Shown here: in pieces, positions 47,016-56,150 of the stretch | How the letters are laid out: every line of letters starts with the position of its first letter | Numbering within the stretch: the first letter of the stretch is position 1 | Assembly: GCA_043732705.1 (NCBI GenBank) | Contig: JAYTHE010000002.1 | Location: 127,608 to 191,607, forward strand | Direction: 5' to 3' | From: Candidatus Omnitrophota bacterium | GTDB lineage: Bacteria > Omnitrophota > Omnitrophia > Omnitrophales > Aquincolibacteriaceae | Length of the DNA stretch: 64,000 nt | Notes under the pieces: generated by a model | What the model was told of the DNA's origin: nothing | The model's database searches: none | Seen by the model: the letters and a program-made list of their open reading frames with translations, nothing else | Made by a program: the position numbers and the translations under genes

Positions 47016-47990
47016 ATGCAATATAAAATCAAATTAGACGCGCTCAACGGCGAAGAGATCGAAATTATCACCGGCTTTTGGAGCGGTAAGAAGCAGGTTT
47101 TCTTCAGGGGCATGCCGCTAGTGCGGGCCAAAGAAAAAAATAAACCGTTTCTCCTAGATTGGAATGGCGGGCAAAAGAAAATTTACCTGCGCATGCTCTA
47201 TCCGGACATGATTCGTAAAATAAAAATCGATGATCAGGAAATCTCCGTGGATAACGGTTTTAGTACAGCCGAGTATGTTGTGGCCTGTTTGCCTCTGTTG
47301 CTTATTTCGTTTGGTGGTGCATTGGGCGGTTTAATCGGAGGCGTCGCGTCTGCGCTGAATATGAAATTACTGAGAGTGATACGGCCTGTTTTTCTGCGTG
47401 TTGTGGCATCATTAGCCGTGACGATAATGGCTCTGATTTTATTTTTATTTTGCGCTGGGGCTTTTCGAGCGGGATTGAATAAAACAGAAGTAAGCTCTTT
47501 GGAGAAAAAAGCCGTCGCAAATCCGCAAAGCCTTGAAACTCAAATTGAATTAATGAAGCGATATTATGCTTCAAGAATGTTTGATAAGCAGCTTGAACAG
47601 TCAAAAAAAATACTCAAAACCCATCCGGAAGAACTCACCGCCTTGGCATTTGAAGCCATGGCTTATTTGGAGACCGGTCAATACACCTTGGCGGTCATGG
47701 GCGCAGAGAAACTTGCGCGGTTGCGTTCGGAAGATTATGCGAGTTTAGTCTTGCTGGGGCAATCTTATGGCGGCGCCGGCCAATATGATCAAGCCGAAGC
47801 GGCTTTGAATAAAGCGATTCAGGTTAATCCTCAGGATTTTCAGGCACATTTTGTTTTAGCGATGCTTTATGTAAGCATGCAACAAAAAGACAAAGCCATG
47901 CAGCAATATGAGGAACTCAAACGTCTTGGAAAAAAATCCGAAGCGGCACAAATCCTCGGCGTTATTAAGCGCGGCAAGCTAGATCCTTAA
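47016..47990 (+). CDS. TPR-repeat protein with central TM segment
   Basis: TM helices around aa 95-150, followed by multiple TPR-like repeats (AYLETGQYTLAV, YGGAGQYDQAEAALNKAIQVNPQDFQAHFVLAMLY). Confidence 0.5.
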   Translation: MQYKIKLDALNGEEIEIITGFWSGKKQVFFRGMPLVRAKEKNKPFLLDWNGGQKKIYLRMLYPDMIRKIKIDDQEISVDNGFSTAEYVVACLPLLLISFGGALGGLIGGVASALNMKLLRVIRPVFLRVVASLAVTIMALILFLFCAGAFRAGLNKTEVSSLEKKAVANPQSLETQIELMKRYYASRMFDKQLEQSKKILKTHPEELTALAFEAMAYLETGQYTLAVMGAEKLARLRSEDYASLVLLGQSYGGAGQYDQAEAALNKAIQVNPQDFQAHFVLAMLYVSMQQKDKAMQQYEELKRLGKKSEAAQILGVIKRGKLDP

Positions 47991-48032
47991 ATAGACCGCA
48001 AAATGATACCAGTACCGGAAGTATCAAATTAA

Positions 48033-48545
48033 ATGATGCGTTTAATTCCCGCCGTTAAAATTTTATTTGCCACGGCGTTTGGAATTTATGCTTTGCGCGG
48101 CGCGTTTTTTCCTCAATCGACTTGGATGCTTGATGGCGCGAATCTTCTTTTCCATGAAGCCGGCCACCCGTTTTTCTTTCTTTTCGGCCGAACAATCGGC
48201 ATGGCTGGCGGAACGATCATGCAGCTTTTAATTCCCGCAGGTTTAGTGATTGCCTTTTTGTATCAGCGCCAACTTTATTCCGCGGGTATTATGCTGCTTT
48301 GGTTCGGCCAAAATTTTTTCGGCATCTCAGTTTATATTCGTGACGCGCGCTCGCAAAATCTGCCGCTTGTCGGTGGAGGTGAACATGATTGGACTTATCT
48401 TTTGGGTAAAGCGGGACTTTTACAGCAAGATCAAGCCATCGGCACCTGGATATGGTTTGCAGGGCTGATTATTGTTGTAACTGCAATGATAATAAGCATT
48501 TATCAAGCCTGGAGCGAATCACATAAAACTACCGTATTAAGTTGA
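48033..48545 (+). CDS. hypothetical polytopic membrane protein with HEAGH (HExxH) motif
   Basis: LFHEAGHPFFF inside a 4-5 TM protein. Putative membrane metalloprotease-like. Confidence 0.4.
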   Translation: MMRLIPAVKILFATAFGIYALRGAFFPQSTWMLDGANLLFHEAGHPFFFLFGRTIGMAGGTIMQLLIPAGLVIAFLYQRQLYSAGIMLLWFGQNFFGISVYIRDARSQNLPLVGGGEHDWTYLLGKAGLLQQDQAIGTWIWFAGLIIVVTAMIISIYQAWSESHKTTVLS

Positions 48546-48620
48546 AAAGGTCATGATTCCCCGGGTAATGCCGATCTCCTTATTAGGGTAGATTGGGTTC
48601 ATTAACCAGGGGAGGTAAGC

Positions 48621-48842
48621 ATGACCGGACAAACTTGTATGTTATGCAGGATTTTCGGAGTGGTTGCGATCATAGGGTTACTGAATTTGGGAATTGAAGG
48701 TGTTATGCGGGTTAATTATTTGGAACGCTTTTTGGGAGAGGCGTCCACAATCACACGTATTGTTTACGTTGTGATGGGCTTGGCGGGGTTGGCAGGTTTG
48801 GTGAAAATGTTCACCACATGCCCCGGTTGCTGCAAGAAATAA
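48621..48842 (+). CDS. small membrane protein ending CPGCCKK
   Basis: 73 aa, two TM helices. GGGAGG RBS. Confidence 0.45.
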   Translation: MTGQTCMLCRIFGVVAIIGLLNLGIEGVMRVNYLERFLGEASTITRIVYVVMGLAGLAGLVKMFTTCPGCCKK

Positions 48843-48850
48843 GACGAATA

Positions 48851-48889
48851 AAAAAAGACAGGCTGGTTTTTAGCCTGTCTTTTTATTTT
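48851..48889 (+). terminator. rho-independent terminator
   Basis: agacaggct-ggttttt-agcctgtct followed by TTTTATTTT. Confidence 0.8.
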
Positions 48890-48906
48890 GAGACGAAAAG
48901 GAAATT

Positions 48907-49329
48907 ATGAATAGCTGGAAAATGTACGCGCTTCTCTCGGCATTTTTTGCCGGATTGACTGCCGTCCTCGCGAAAATCGGCGTCAAAGATATTCCTTCCA
49001 ACTTTGCGACTCTTATCCGTACTTTCATCATTATTATTTTTTTAGGAATGCTCGTAATGTTCCGCAATGAGTGGGTGAACCCCTTTGCTTTAAATCGTAA
49101 AAGCCTCATCTTTCTTTTACTTTCGGGTATTGCCACAGGCCTTTCTTGGCTTTGTTACTTTCGGGCCTTGCAGGAGGGTCCGGCCTCAATCGTCGCGCCA
49201 CTTGATAAAATGAGTTTGATTTTTGCAGTTGTCTTATCGGTGCTTTTCCTCGGAGAGCGGTTGAGTTTGCTGCAATGGACGGGCGCCTTGCTGATGGCGT
49301 GCGGCGCGGCACTGATTGCTTTTAAATAG
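48907..49329 (+). CDS. EamA-like (DMT superfamily) small transporter
   Basis: 140 aa, 4 TM helices, LSVLFLGERLSLLQWTGALLMACGAALI. Confidence 0.6.
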   Translation: MNSWKMYALLSAFFAGLTAVLAKIGVKDIPSNFATLIRTFIIIIFLGMLVMFRNEWVNPFALNRKSLIFLLLSGIATGLSWLCYFRALQEGPASIVAPLDKMSLIFAVVLSVLFLGERLSLLQWTGALLMACGAALIAFK

Positions 49330-49391
49330 AAGGAATTGAAATACATCCGCCGCGATATATAAATCAAAACTGAATGGTAGTAAAATAGGGC

Positions 49392-49859
49392 ATGCCATTC
49401 ACACCTTATCACTTTGGCCCCGGGGCTTTGATCAAGTCGGTATTCCCCAAATACTTCAGCTTGGTCGCTTTTGTTTTTGTTCAGATCATTATCGATTGCG
49501 AAACGCTTTATCATCTTTTAAAGCATGAACAGCCGCTGCATCAACTTTTGCATACTTATCTCGGCAGTAATCTCGCGGTAATCGCCGCGGTTTTTATTTA
49601 CCGTCCGCTGCATAATTTTTTTATCGGTGAGCTTACTTTAGAAACGACGATTGTTTCCGCCGCTATCGGGGCTTACAGCCATGTTTTTCTGGACAGCATT
49701 ATGCATGTAGATATGAAGCCGCTTGCGCCTTGGACCCATGCCAATACGATGTGGCATATCATTGATGTCAGCCATTTACATTTACTGTGTGTTTATTGCG
49801 GTTTTACCGGTTTGGCAATTCTGCTTCTGAGGCAAATTCTTTCGAAAATGAAGGCGTGA
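49392..49859 (+). CDS. hypothetical membrane protein, metal-dependent hydrolase-like (His-rich)
   Basis: MPFTPYHFGPG N-terminus with multiple conserved His and TM helices. DUF4184/YdjM-like by pattern only. Confidence 0.35.
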   Translation: MPFTPYHFGPGALIKSVFPKYFSLVAFVFVQIIIDCETLYHLLKHEQPLHQLLHTYLGSNLAVIAAVFIYRPLHNFFIGELTLETTIVSAAIGAYSHVFLDSIMHVDMKPLAPWTHANTMWHIIDVSHLHLLCVYCGFTGLAILLLRQILSKMKA

Positions 49860-49944
49860 TCCAGCTGAGGTTTGTTCAAGATATCCGTATAAACGCCGAA
49901 ACATATGAGTGGTTCAAAGCATCGCGTAACAAAGCAGGTTGAAT

Positions 49945-50322
49945 GTGGAAAAGCCAAGAAAAAAGGTGCTCGTAATTGACGATGAGGCCGAAATTCTCGA
50001 ATCCATACGCGAGAGTTTTGAGGCGGAAGGATATGAAGCTTGCACGGCAATTGACGGAGCTTCAGGTTTTGCGCTCGCGCAAAAATTTAAACCGGATATG
50101 ATTTTTCTCGACATCAGTATGCCACGTATGAACGGCTTTCAATTTTTGGATAAAATGGGCGCGGACCCTGAGATCAGCAAAACCCCGGTGGTGATGATTT
50201 CAGGCTACGGTGACGCCGATAATATTTTTAAAGCTCAGGCATCACGTTATGTTCGTGATTTTGTGATCAAGCCTTTTCAGGTGATTGACTTGATTGACCT
50301 GATGCGTCGGCACGGCAAGTAG
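49945..50322 (+). CDS. single-domain response regulator (CheY-like receiver)
   Basis: KKVLVIDDEAEI...DMIFLDISMPRMNG...K receiver signature. In-frame GTG 49945 preferred over the track TTG 49939. Confidence 0.75.
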   Translation: MEKPRKKVLVIDDEAEILESIRESFEAEGYEACTAIDGASGFALAQKFKPDMIFLDISMPRMNGFQFLDKMGADPEISKTPVVMISGYGDADNIFKAQASRYVRDFVIKPFQVIDLIDLMRRHGK

Positions 50323-50347
50323 CTCTAAGTTTTAAAACAGGTTTGAT

Positions 50348-50809
50348 GTGAAGTTTTTAAAATGGCTTTTTTTTGCGGGGCTTTTTTTTGCGATTTTACT
50401 TCCATTGATTAACTGGATGGTTGATAAGTCTGTGGTGCTAGCTCCGGAAACACTAAAGGGTAAAACGCCTCTTTTTCAAAAAACCGCGCCTGTGATTCAG
50501 GAGAGTTGCTTAAATTGCCACTCAGCGCACACTCAATTGCCTTGGTACGCATCTTTGCCGCCGGCGAAACAAATTATTCAGAACAATATCAAAGAAGCCC
50601 GCAAAGAAGTAGATTTAGAAAAGGAACTTTTTACACCGAACCACGCGCCTTCAAAAAAGACTTTGGTCAAAATGAAGTCGGAAATCAGAGAAGACGCGAT
50701 GCCGCCAATTGAATATAAAGCTTTGCATTGGAAATCATTCTTATCCGCGAAAGAAAAGCAGGCTATTTTAGATTGGATTGCTGAGCAGCAGTCGGTCGCT
50801 GCAAAATAA
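50348..50809 (+). CDS. heme-binding domain protein (single CxxCH), secreted/membrane-anchored
   Basis: CLNCHSAHTQLPWYASLP ... MPPIEYKALHW...KQAILDWI. Paralogue of 62730-63299. Confidence 0.6.
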   Translation: MKFLKWLFFAGLFFAILLPLINWMVDKSVVLAPETLKGKTPLFQKTAPVIQESCLNCHSAHTQLPWYASLPPAKQIIQNNIKEARKEVDLEKELFTPNHAPSKKTLVKMKSEIREDAMPPIEYKALHWKSFLSAKEKQAILDWIAEQQSVAAK

Positions 50810-50812
50810 AAC

Positions 50813-51058
50813 TTAAAGATTCTGCGCGTATTTTTCCGGATCTTTCTTAAAACGTTTCACGCAAGAACGACAGCAAAAATAAACTTCCTGATTATTCCAG
50901 GTTGTGTGAAATTTTTTCTTGATTGTCTCATCCTTCATAATAGGGCACAGAGAGTTTGATGGCTTGCCTTGAGCAAGCCCTGAGCCCGCGAATGCTGCTG
51001 ATAAAATAAAAATGAATAGAATTTTTTGAAACATTTTATTATCCGATTGGAACCCCAA
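50813..51058 (-). CDS. YHS/TRASH-like metal-binding domain secreted protein
   Basis: Signal peptide. CPIMKDE...EVYFCCRSCVKRFKKDPEKY. Confidence 0.55.
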   Translation of the reverse strand: MGFQSDNKMFQKILFIFILSAAFAGSGLAQGKPSNSLCPIMKDETIKKKFHTTWNNQEVYFCCRSCVKRFKKDPEKYAQNL

Positions 51059-51824
51059 TAATGACCCGAGATTCTATATCATTTGCTGCGCGATTGACCC
51101 CAAAAAGCACGCTTCCCGTTGCCCAGAAATATTGACTTGCCCATGAGATTGTAGGGCCAGCAGCAATTTCATTGTGATGGCCTTCGGGATTCCAGTATTG
51201 CCCTTTGGTTTCAACTCCGACATGAAGATCATCTAAGACGGCATAATTAGCACCGAAAGCGAACGCATGCTCTGTGCGGCCACCGCGATTTGCGACGGAT
51301 TCCATGATTTGGTTGTACACAAAATTAAATCGGCCCAAGTCTTTTGAGAGCACAATCTTTTCTTCGAGTGTGACGGGCGCATGTTCTTCGCGTGGGTCAT
51401 GTGCGATTTCTAAATAAACTAAGGGGTCAAGCCAGTATTTGCCTTTTTCGCCAAAGCGATATTTGTTTTCAAACTTAAATCCTGAATATTTTGTAACGTC
51501 TTTCACCGGACGTCCGTCATCATCATAGCCGGCATGGTTCTCGGTTTGCCATGATTCATAATGGGCGAGCGTCCAGTGATCGGTAACGCCCCATTCGATT
51601 TCAGTTTGATATTCGAATGAGTTTTCATTGGACGTATTTTTGTGAGGAACTTTGGAAGTTGTATGCTGCTCAATCTCAAATTGGTTTTTGGGTATTGTTC
51701 GGTATTCCGTGGTGAAAGCGTACTGGCGCTCATGCGTGTAGCCATTGACAGGCGCTAGCATGCATGCGATTAACAGGCCTGTTGCGGTCATTTTAGTTTT
51801 TGGACAGAACTCATTTTTAGACAT
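51039..51824 (-). CDS. hypothetical secreted protein, putative outer-membrane beta-barrel
   Basis: Signal peptide. Alternating amphipathic strands with aromatic-rich turns. AGGA RBS. Confidence 0.4.
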   Translation of the reverse strand: MSKNEFCPKTKMTATGLLIACMLAPVNGYTHERQYAFTTEYRTIPKNQFEIEQHTTSKVPHKNTSNENSFEYQTEIEWGVTDHWTLAHYESWQTENHAGYDDDGRPVKDVTKYSGFKFENKYRFGEKGKYWLDPLVYLEIAHDPREEHAPVTLEEKIVLSKDLGRFNFVYNQIMESVANRGGRTEHAFAFGANYAVLDDLHVGVETKGQYWNPEGHHNEIAAGPTISWASQYFWATGSVLFGVNRAANDIESRVIIGVPIG

Positions 51825-51917
51825 AAAATAGTCATCCTAAATCAGATAGTTTCGTATTAAGATTAATTCTTAACAGGATTATATCCAATAATTTATGGTC
51901 GTCAACTTTTTTATAAT

Positions 51918-52589
51918 ATGAAAAAAAATCTTCTGTTTGCGGCACTCTTTATTTTTTCCGGTTCTTTGTGCTATGCCGACCCGATTTGGGTTAAGCCCGA
52001 CGCCAGTAAAAGCGATTTCGCTCACGATCAGGACGTGTGCATTCGCCGGGCACAGCCGGCCAAATCAAATTCTTTTGGTCCGAAAAGCGCAGATCCCATT
52101 TTATTTTCGGATTGCATGCATCAAAGCGGATGGCATTTGCAAGATGAAAGCAGGGCAACGCAACCGGCTCCCGGACCCATGCAAAAAACTCTGGAAAGCT
52201 TACGGCAGGAAAAAGAAAAGCGTTGCACGAGTGATGAGTTTAGACCTTTCTTTTCCAAAACAGCCTGTGATCCGCAAGATATAACACCTGGACAAATGGC
52301 AGATAAAACAACCATTACAGCCGAAGAAAAAAAGGTGCTTTTGAAATTAAAAAAAGAAATGCAAAAGTCCCAGGACAAAGCCACCACCGCTTATAGAGAA
52401 TATGGTGAGGAGCAGGGTGATAAAATCGCGCGTCTCTTGGAAAGCTGGCAAGTTTTTAGTGATAAAAATGTCTCGGACCTTCTCCAGAAGAAACAAAGCT
52501 GGGGGAATTATAACCGCTACAGAAAAGACCTTTATTCCCAGCTCAATGCTGAATTGCAGAAGATAAGCCGCCCTCATTCCGATGCTTAA
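51918..52589 (+). CDS. hypothetical secreted protein
   Basis: Signal peptide MKKNLLFAALFIFSGSLCYA. Lys/Glu-rich C-terminus. Confidence 0.45.
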   Translation: MKKNLLFAALFIFSGSLCYADPIWVKPDASKSDFAHDQDVCIRRAQPAKSNSFGPKSADPILFSDCMHQSGWHLQDESRATQPAPGPMQKTLESLRQEKEKRCTSDEFRPFFSKTACDPQDITPGQMADKTTITAEEKKVLLKLKKEMQKSQDKATTAYREYGEEQGDKIARLLESWQVFSDKNVSDLLQKKQSWGNYNRYRKDLYSQLNAELQKISRPHSDA

Positions 52590-52665
52590 GCGTTAGATTG
52601 TTGTAAGTTAAAATTTAAGTTATGATTTCCACCAAGCAATTCTTAAAAAATAGACAGAGGAGGTT

Positions 52666-53433
52666 TTGATGAATGTTTTTTGGCCGGATGTGGATGATTC
52701 CAAAAGTGCGCATAAAGCTTGCGGTACAGCCGCGGGCATGGCTTTTTTTGTTGCGATTGTCACAGGCGTTGTATCGTGGCTGCAAGCCAACCACAAAATC
52801 AATCTTTTCCCCGGAATTGACAAGACAGCTTATGTTGATGTCGCTCTTTTTATTTTGATAGGTGTTGGTTTATGTTTCAACTCGCGCATCGCGGCTGTTG
52901 CCGGGCTTTTGCTTTACATCGGTGAACGTATTTTTATGATTAAAATGACCGGCTTTCATGCCAGCATGGGAGTATCGGTTGTTATCTTTGGCCTTGCTTT
53001 TGTAAACGGAGTTCGCGGCGCATTTGCTTGGCATGAGCAAAAAAGACTGGCAAAGGGAGAGGTTGCGCTCGAGATTAAAGAAGAAACGACTACGGATAAA
53101 CCCAAAAAAATTTTTCCATGGAGAACTCTTTTCCTTCTGATCGTACTGCTTGCCGCTGGCGCGGCGGCGTATTTTTTTCTGATTCATAAAGGGTCGGTGC
53201 CGACGATGACGTCACTTAAGCAGCACACTCAAACGCTTTCAAATAAAATCATACCCAGAAAATCCGCGGAAGTGCTTGTTGCGCCTAAAGGACCGGCAAT
53301 TAAGCTGAAATTAAAAAGCGGCCGGACTTTTGAAGGTGTTTTGGCCAGAAAAAGCAGCGAAGGTTATTGGGTTTTTATTATAGGCGCAGGAGAAGTTTTT
53401 TTTAGCGTGAATGAAGTTGCTGAAGTTTCGTAA
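52666..53433 (+). CDS. hypothetical membrane protein
   Basis: 4 TM helices plus a C-terminal soluble region. Confidence 0.45.
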   Translation: MMNVFWPDVDDSKSAHKACGTAAGMAFFVAIVTGVVSWLQANHKINLFPGIDKTAYVDVALFILIGVGLCFNSRIAAVAGLLLYIGERIFMIKMTGFHASMGVSVVIFGLAFVNGVRGAFAWHEQKRLAKGEVALEIKEETTTDKPKKIFPWRTLFLLIVLLAAGAAAYFFLIHKGSVPTMTSLKQHTQTLSNKIIPRKSAEVLVAPKGPAIKLKLKSGRTFEGVLARKSSEGYWVFIIGAGEVFFSVNEVAEVS

Positions 53434-53471
53434 TCGACCCTCAAGAGAGCCAACCAAGAAATTTTTTAAAT

Positions 53472-53936
53472 ATGAAAAAGTATCCGCATTTGGAAGTTCG
53501 AATTTCAAAGATCCACCAGCGCGGTGTTTTTGCCGCGCGAGATATTGGAAAAGGTATGAGGGTTATTGAATATACAGGCAGAAGATTGACGGCGGCGCGG
53601 GCTGAAAGCAGCAAGTCGGATTATCTTTTTCAGCTTAATTTCAAAACTTTTATCGACGGGAAAAATACCGCGCGGTATATCAATCATTCGTGCGCCCCGA
53701 ACTGTGAAGTGAATATTGTGAGCGGGCAAATTTGGATTTCAGCGACGCGTGCCATTAGAAAAGGCGAAGAGCTCGTTTATAGTTATAGCTATGATCTCGA
53801 AGAATCAAAAGATTATCCCTGTGTTTGCGGGGCCAGAAAATGCGCAGGTTATATTTTAGACCAATATTATTGGCCGGCTTTGGAAAAGTTAAAAAAGAAA
53901 CAAGCTGCCGGCCGCGGGAAAACACTTAAGCGGTAA
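53472..53936 (+). CDS. SET domain protein (putative lysine methyltransferase) with post-SET Cys cluster
   Basis: RYINHSCAPNCEV ... GEELVYSY ... YPCVCGARKCAGYI. Confidence 0.75.
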   Translation: MKKYPHLEVRISKIHQRGVFAARDIGKGMRVIEYTGRRLTAARAESSKSDYLFQLNFKTFIDGKNTARYINHSCAPNCEVNIVSGQIWISATRAIRKGEELVYSYSYDLEESKDYPCVCGARKCAGYILDQYYWPALEKLKKKQAAGRGKTLKR

Positions 53937-53941
53937 ACGCG

Positions 53942-54274
53942 TCAGATTTTGATTGATTTATTATCGATAAACTTCAGAACGTTTTTTAAAAGCCCCGGAA
54001 ACTTTTCATTTATTTCAGCGAAGCGTACGACATTCCTATTTTCAACTCCGCGTTTGCTTGTTCGGATTAATCCTGCTTCCCGTAGAATGCGGAAATGATG
54101 CGAAAGGGTGGATTTTGCGATGCTGGGACAAGGGGAGGCTTCCGAGCAGGACATGCATCCGTCCTTATTCATCAGACTTTTAAAAATTTTCAAGCGTAAG
54201 GGATCGCCGAGAGCATTTAGGATGCCCGCCAGATTAATATCCTCTTTTGCCGGATGAACAAATTGTGTCATTGC
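53942..54274 (-). CDS. ArsR/SmtB family transcriptional regulator
   Basis: LGDPLRLKIFKSL ... STLSHHFRILREAGLIRTSKRG winged HTH. Start moved to the internal Met (MTQFVHP). Confidence 0.7.
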   Translation of the reverse strand, partial: AMTQFVHPAKEDINLAGILNALGDPLRLKIFKSLMNKDGCMSCSEASPCPSIAKSTLSHHFRILREAGLIRTSKRGVENRNVVRFAEINEKFPGLLKNVLKFIDNKSIKI

Positions 54275-54305
54275 TATTTTCCTCAAACAAACTATATCAG
54301 AAAAG

Positions 54306-54334
54306 TTGACAAGGTTCAATAGTTCAAATATTAT
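54306..54334 (+). promoter_or_regulatory. sigma70 promoter (TTGACA -N17- TATTAT) with GTTCAA-TA-GTTCAA direct repeat in the spacer, divergent from ArsR
   Basis: Perfect -35 at 54306-54311. -10 at 54329-54334. Direct repeat at 54313-54326. Confidence 0.55.
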
Positions 54335-54377
54335 GAATAATAGAACTAATGATCAACGTAAGCAAAGGAGGAAATGC

Positions 54378-55130
54378 ATGAGTAAGAAATTAGAAGGCAA
54401 GGTCGCAGTAGTAACGGGCGCGTCAAAAGGAATCGGGGCGGATATTGCTAGGCATTTGGCGGCTGAAGGAGCGAAGGTGGTTGTGAACTATTCTTCCAGT
54501 AAGGCGGGTGCCGATAAAGTTGTGGCCGAAATTGTGAAAGCGGGCGGGAAAGCGGTTGCGGTGGGAGCCAATTTATCCAAACAGGCGGAAATCAAAAATC
54601 TTTTCGCGGCGGCAAAAAAAGAATTCGGCCGGCTGGATATTTTGGTCAATAATGCCGGAATTTATGAGTTTGCACCGCTTGAGAATGTAACCGAGGAACA
54701 TTTTCACAAGCAGTTTAATACCAATGTGCTTGGGCTTATTTTAAGTACGCAAGAAGCCGTTAAATTATTCGGCGCGGAAGGCGGAAGCATTGTTAATATC
54801 AGTTCAGTTGTCAGCACGAAAGGTGTTCCGAATGGTTCTGTTTACAGCGCCACAAAAGGAGCGGTGGATGCTTTGACAAGGTCTCTCGCACAGGAATTAG
54901 GCGTGCGCAAGATTCGTGTGAATGCCATTAGGCCCGGAATGGTTGAAACCGAAGGAACTCATTCGGCGGGGATTGCAGAAAGCGATATGCGCAAGAACAC
55001 AGAGGCAACGACGCCTCTCGGTAGAATCGGCCAGCCCCAAGATATTGCGCCCGCGGCGGTTTTTTTGGCTTCGTCGGACTCTTCCTGGATTACCGGAGAA
55101 ACATTGCTCATTTCGGGCGGCTGGTATTGA
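54378..55130 (+). CDS. SDR family oxidoreductase (FabG-like)
   Basis: GKVAVVTGASKGIG ... NNAG ... YSATKGAV. AAGGAGG RBS before ATG 54378. Confidence 0.85.
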   Translation: MSKKLEGKVAVVTGASKGIGADIARHLAAEGAKVVVNYSSSKAGADKVVAEIVKAGGKAVAVGANLSKQAEIKNLFAAAKKEFGRLDILVNNAGIYEFAPLENVTEEHFHKQFNTNVLGLILSTQEAVKLFGAEGGSIVNISSVVSTKGVPNGSVYSATKGAVDALTRSLAQELGVRKIRVNAIRPGMVETEGTHSAGIAESDMRKNTEATTPLGRIGQPQDIAPAAVFLASSDSSWITGETLLISGGWY

Positions 55131-55186
55131 TTTTAGATTTTAAGGTAAAATAGAAATAAAAATTTTTGACAACAAAGGAAAAGAAA

Positions 55187-55606
55187 ATGAAAATGATTAC
55201 AACAGGTTCGCGCTTGCTTTTGGGATTGATTTACTTTGTGTTTGGGTTGAATGGATTTTTTCATTTTCTGAAAATGACTCCGCCGCCTATGTCTGAAAAC
55301 GCCATGGCTTTTGTGGGCGGATTGATGAAGAGCGGTTATTTCATGCCGTTTCTCAGCGGAACTCAGGTCTTGGGTGGTTTTCTTCTTTTAACCGGGTTTG
55401 CCGCGCCGCTGGCATTGGTTATTCTTGCGCCGATGACGCTTAACATTGTGTTGTTTCATGTTTTTCTAACTCCGGGATTGCAAAATTTAGGACTCCCGGC
55501 CGTAATGCTCGCTTTGCACCTTGTGGCCGCAGCGGCTTATTGGAAAATTTACTGCCCGCTTTTTTCGAATTGCTGCTCAGGCAAAAAAGAGTGCGCAAAA
55601 AGTTGA
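55187..55606 (+). CDS. DoxX-like small membrane protein
   Basis: 4 TM helices. AAGGAA RBS 6 nt before ATG 55187, as the track start 55166 is TTG. Confidence 0.45.
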   Translation: MKMITTGSRLLLGLIYFVFGLNGFFHFLKMTPPPMSENAMAFVGGLMKSGYFMPFLSGTQVLGGFLLLTGFAAPLALVILAPMTLNIVLFHVFLTPGLQNLGLPAVMLALHLVAAAAYWKIYCPLFSNCCSGKKECAKS

Positions 55607-55656
55607 TTGTCTGCGTTAAGAAAGCGGAAATCGGGAGAAAGAGTTAAAATTACTTT

Positions 55657-56139
55657 ATGGCTGAATCATTCAAATCGAAATGGATGCGCTGGAAGTTTAG
55701 TTTTTTTCCCGCTTACCGGGCAAGCGGGGCAAGGCTGACTTATATTTCTTCCGACTTTCTTGAAATGCATATGAAGCTGCCGTTGATGCGCACAACGCGC
55801 AATTATGTCGGCACCATGTTTGGCGGCAGTATGTATGCCTCAGTTGATCCGATTTATATGATTATTTTGATCAATGCTCTTGGGCCGGAATATGTGGTTT
55901 GGGATAAAGCCGCGACGATTCGGTTTAAAAAACCGGGCAAGGATACGCTTTACGCGCGTTTTGTGATTGATCCGGCTGAACTCGAGGTGATTAAATCCGA
56001 ACTTAAGTCAAAACATTCCGTCGATCGGATTTATAATGTGGACTTGGTTGATCAGGCAGGCGTTGTGCATGCTTCGGTTGAAAAGGTACTTTATATCCGC
56101 CGGAAAGATCACGGAAATCTTCCTAGGCCGCAACGTTAA
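55657..56139 (+). CDS. DUF4442-like (hotdog-fold thioesterase-like) protein
   Basis: [22 protein letters not shown]...ATIRFKKPG pattern. Confidence 0.45.
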   Translation: MAESFKSKWMRWKFSFFPAYRASGARLTYISSDFLEMHMKLPLMRTTRNYVGTMFGGSMYASVDPIYMIILINALGPEYVVWDKAATIRFKKPGKDTLYARFVIDPAELEVIKSELKSKHSVDRIYNVDLVDQAGVVHASVEKVLYIRRKDHGNLPRPQR

Positions 56140-56150
56140 AAAGAGGTTCT

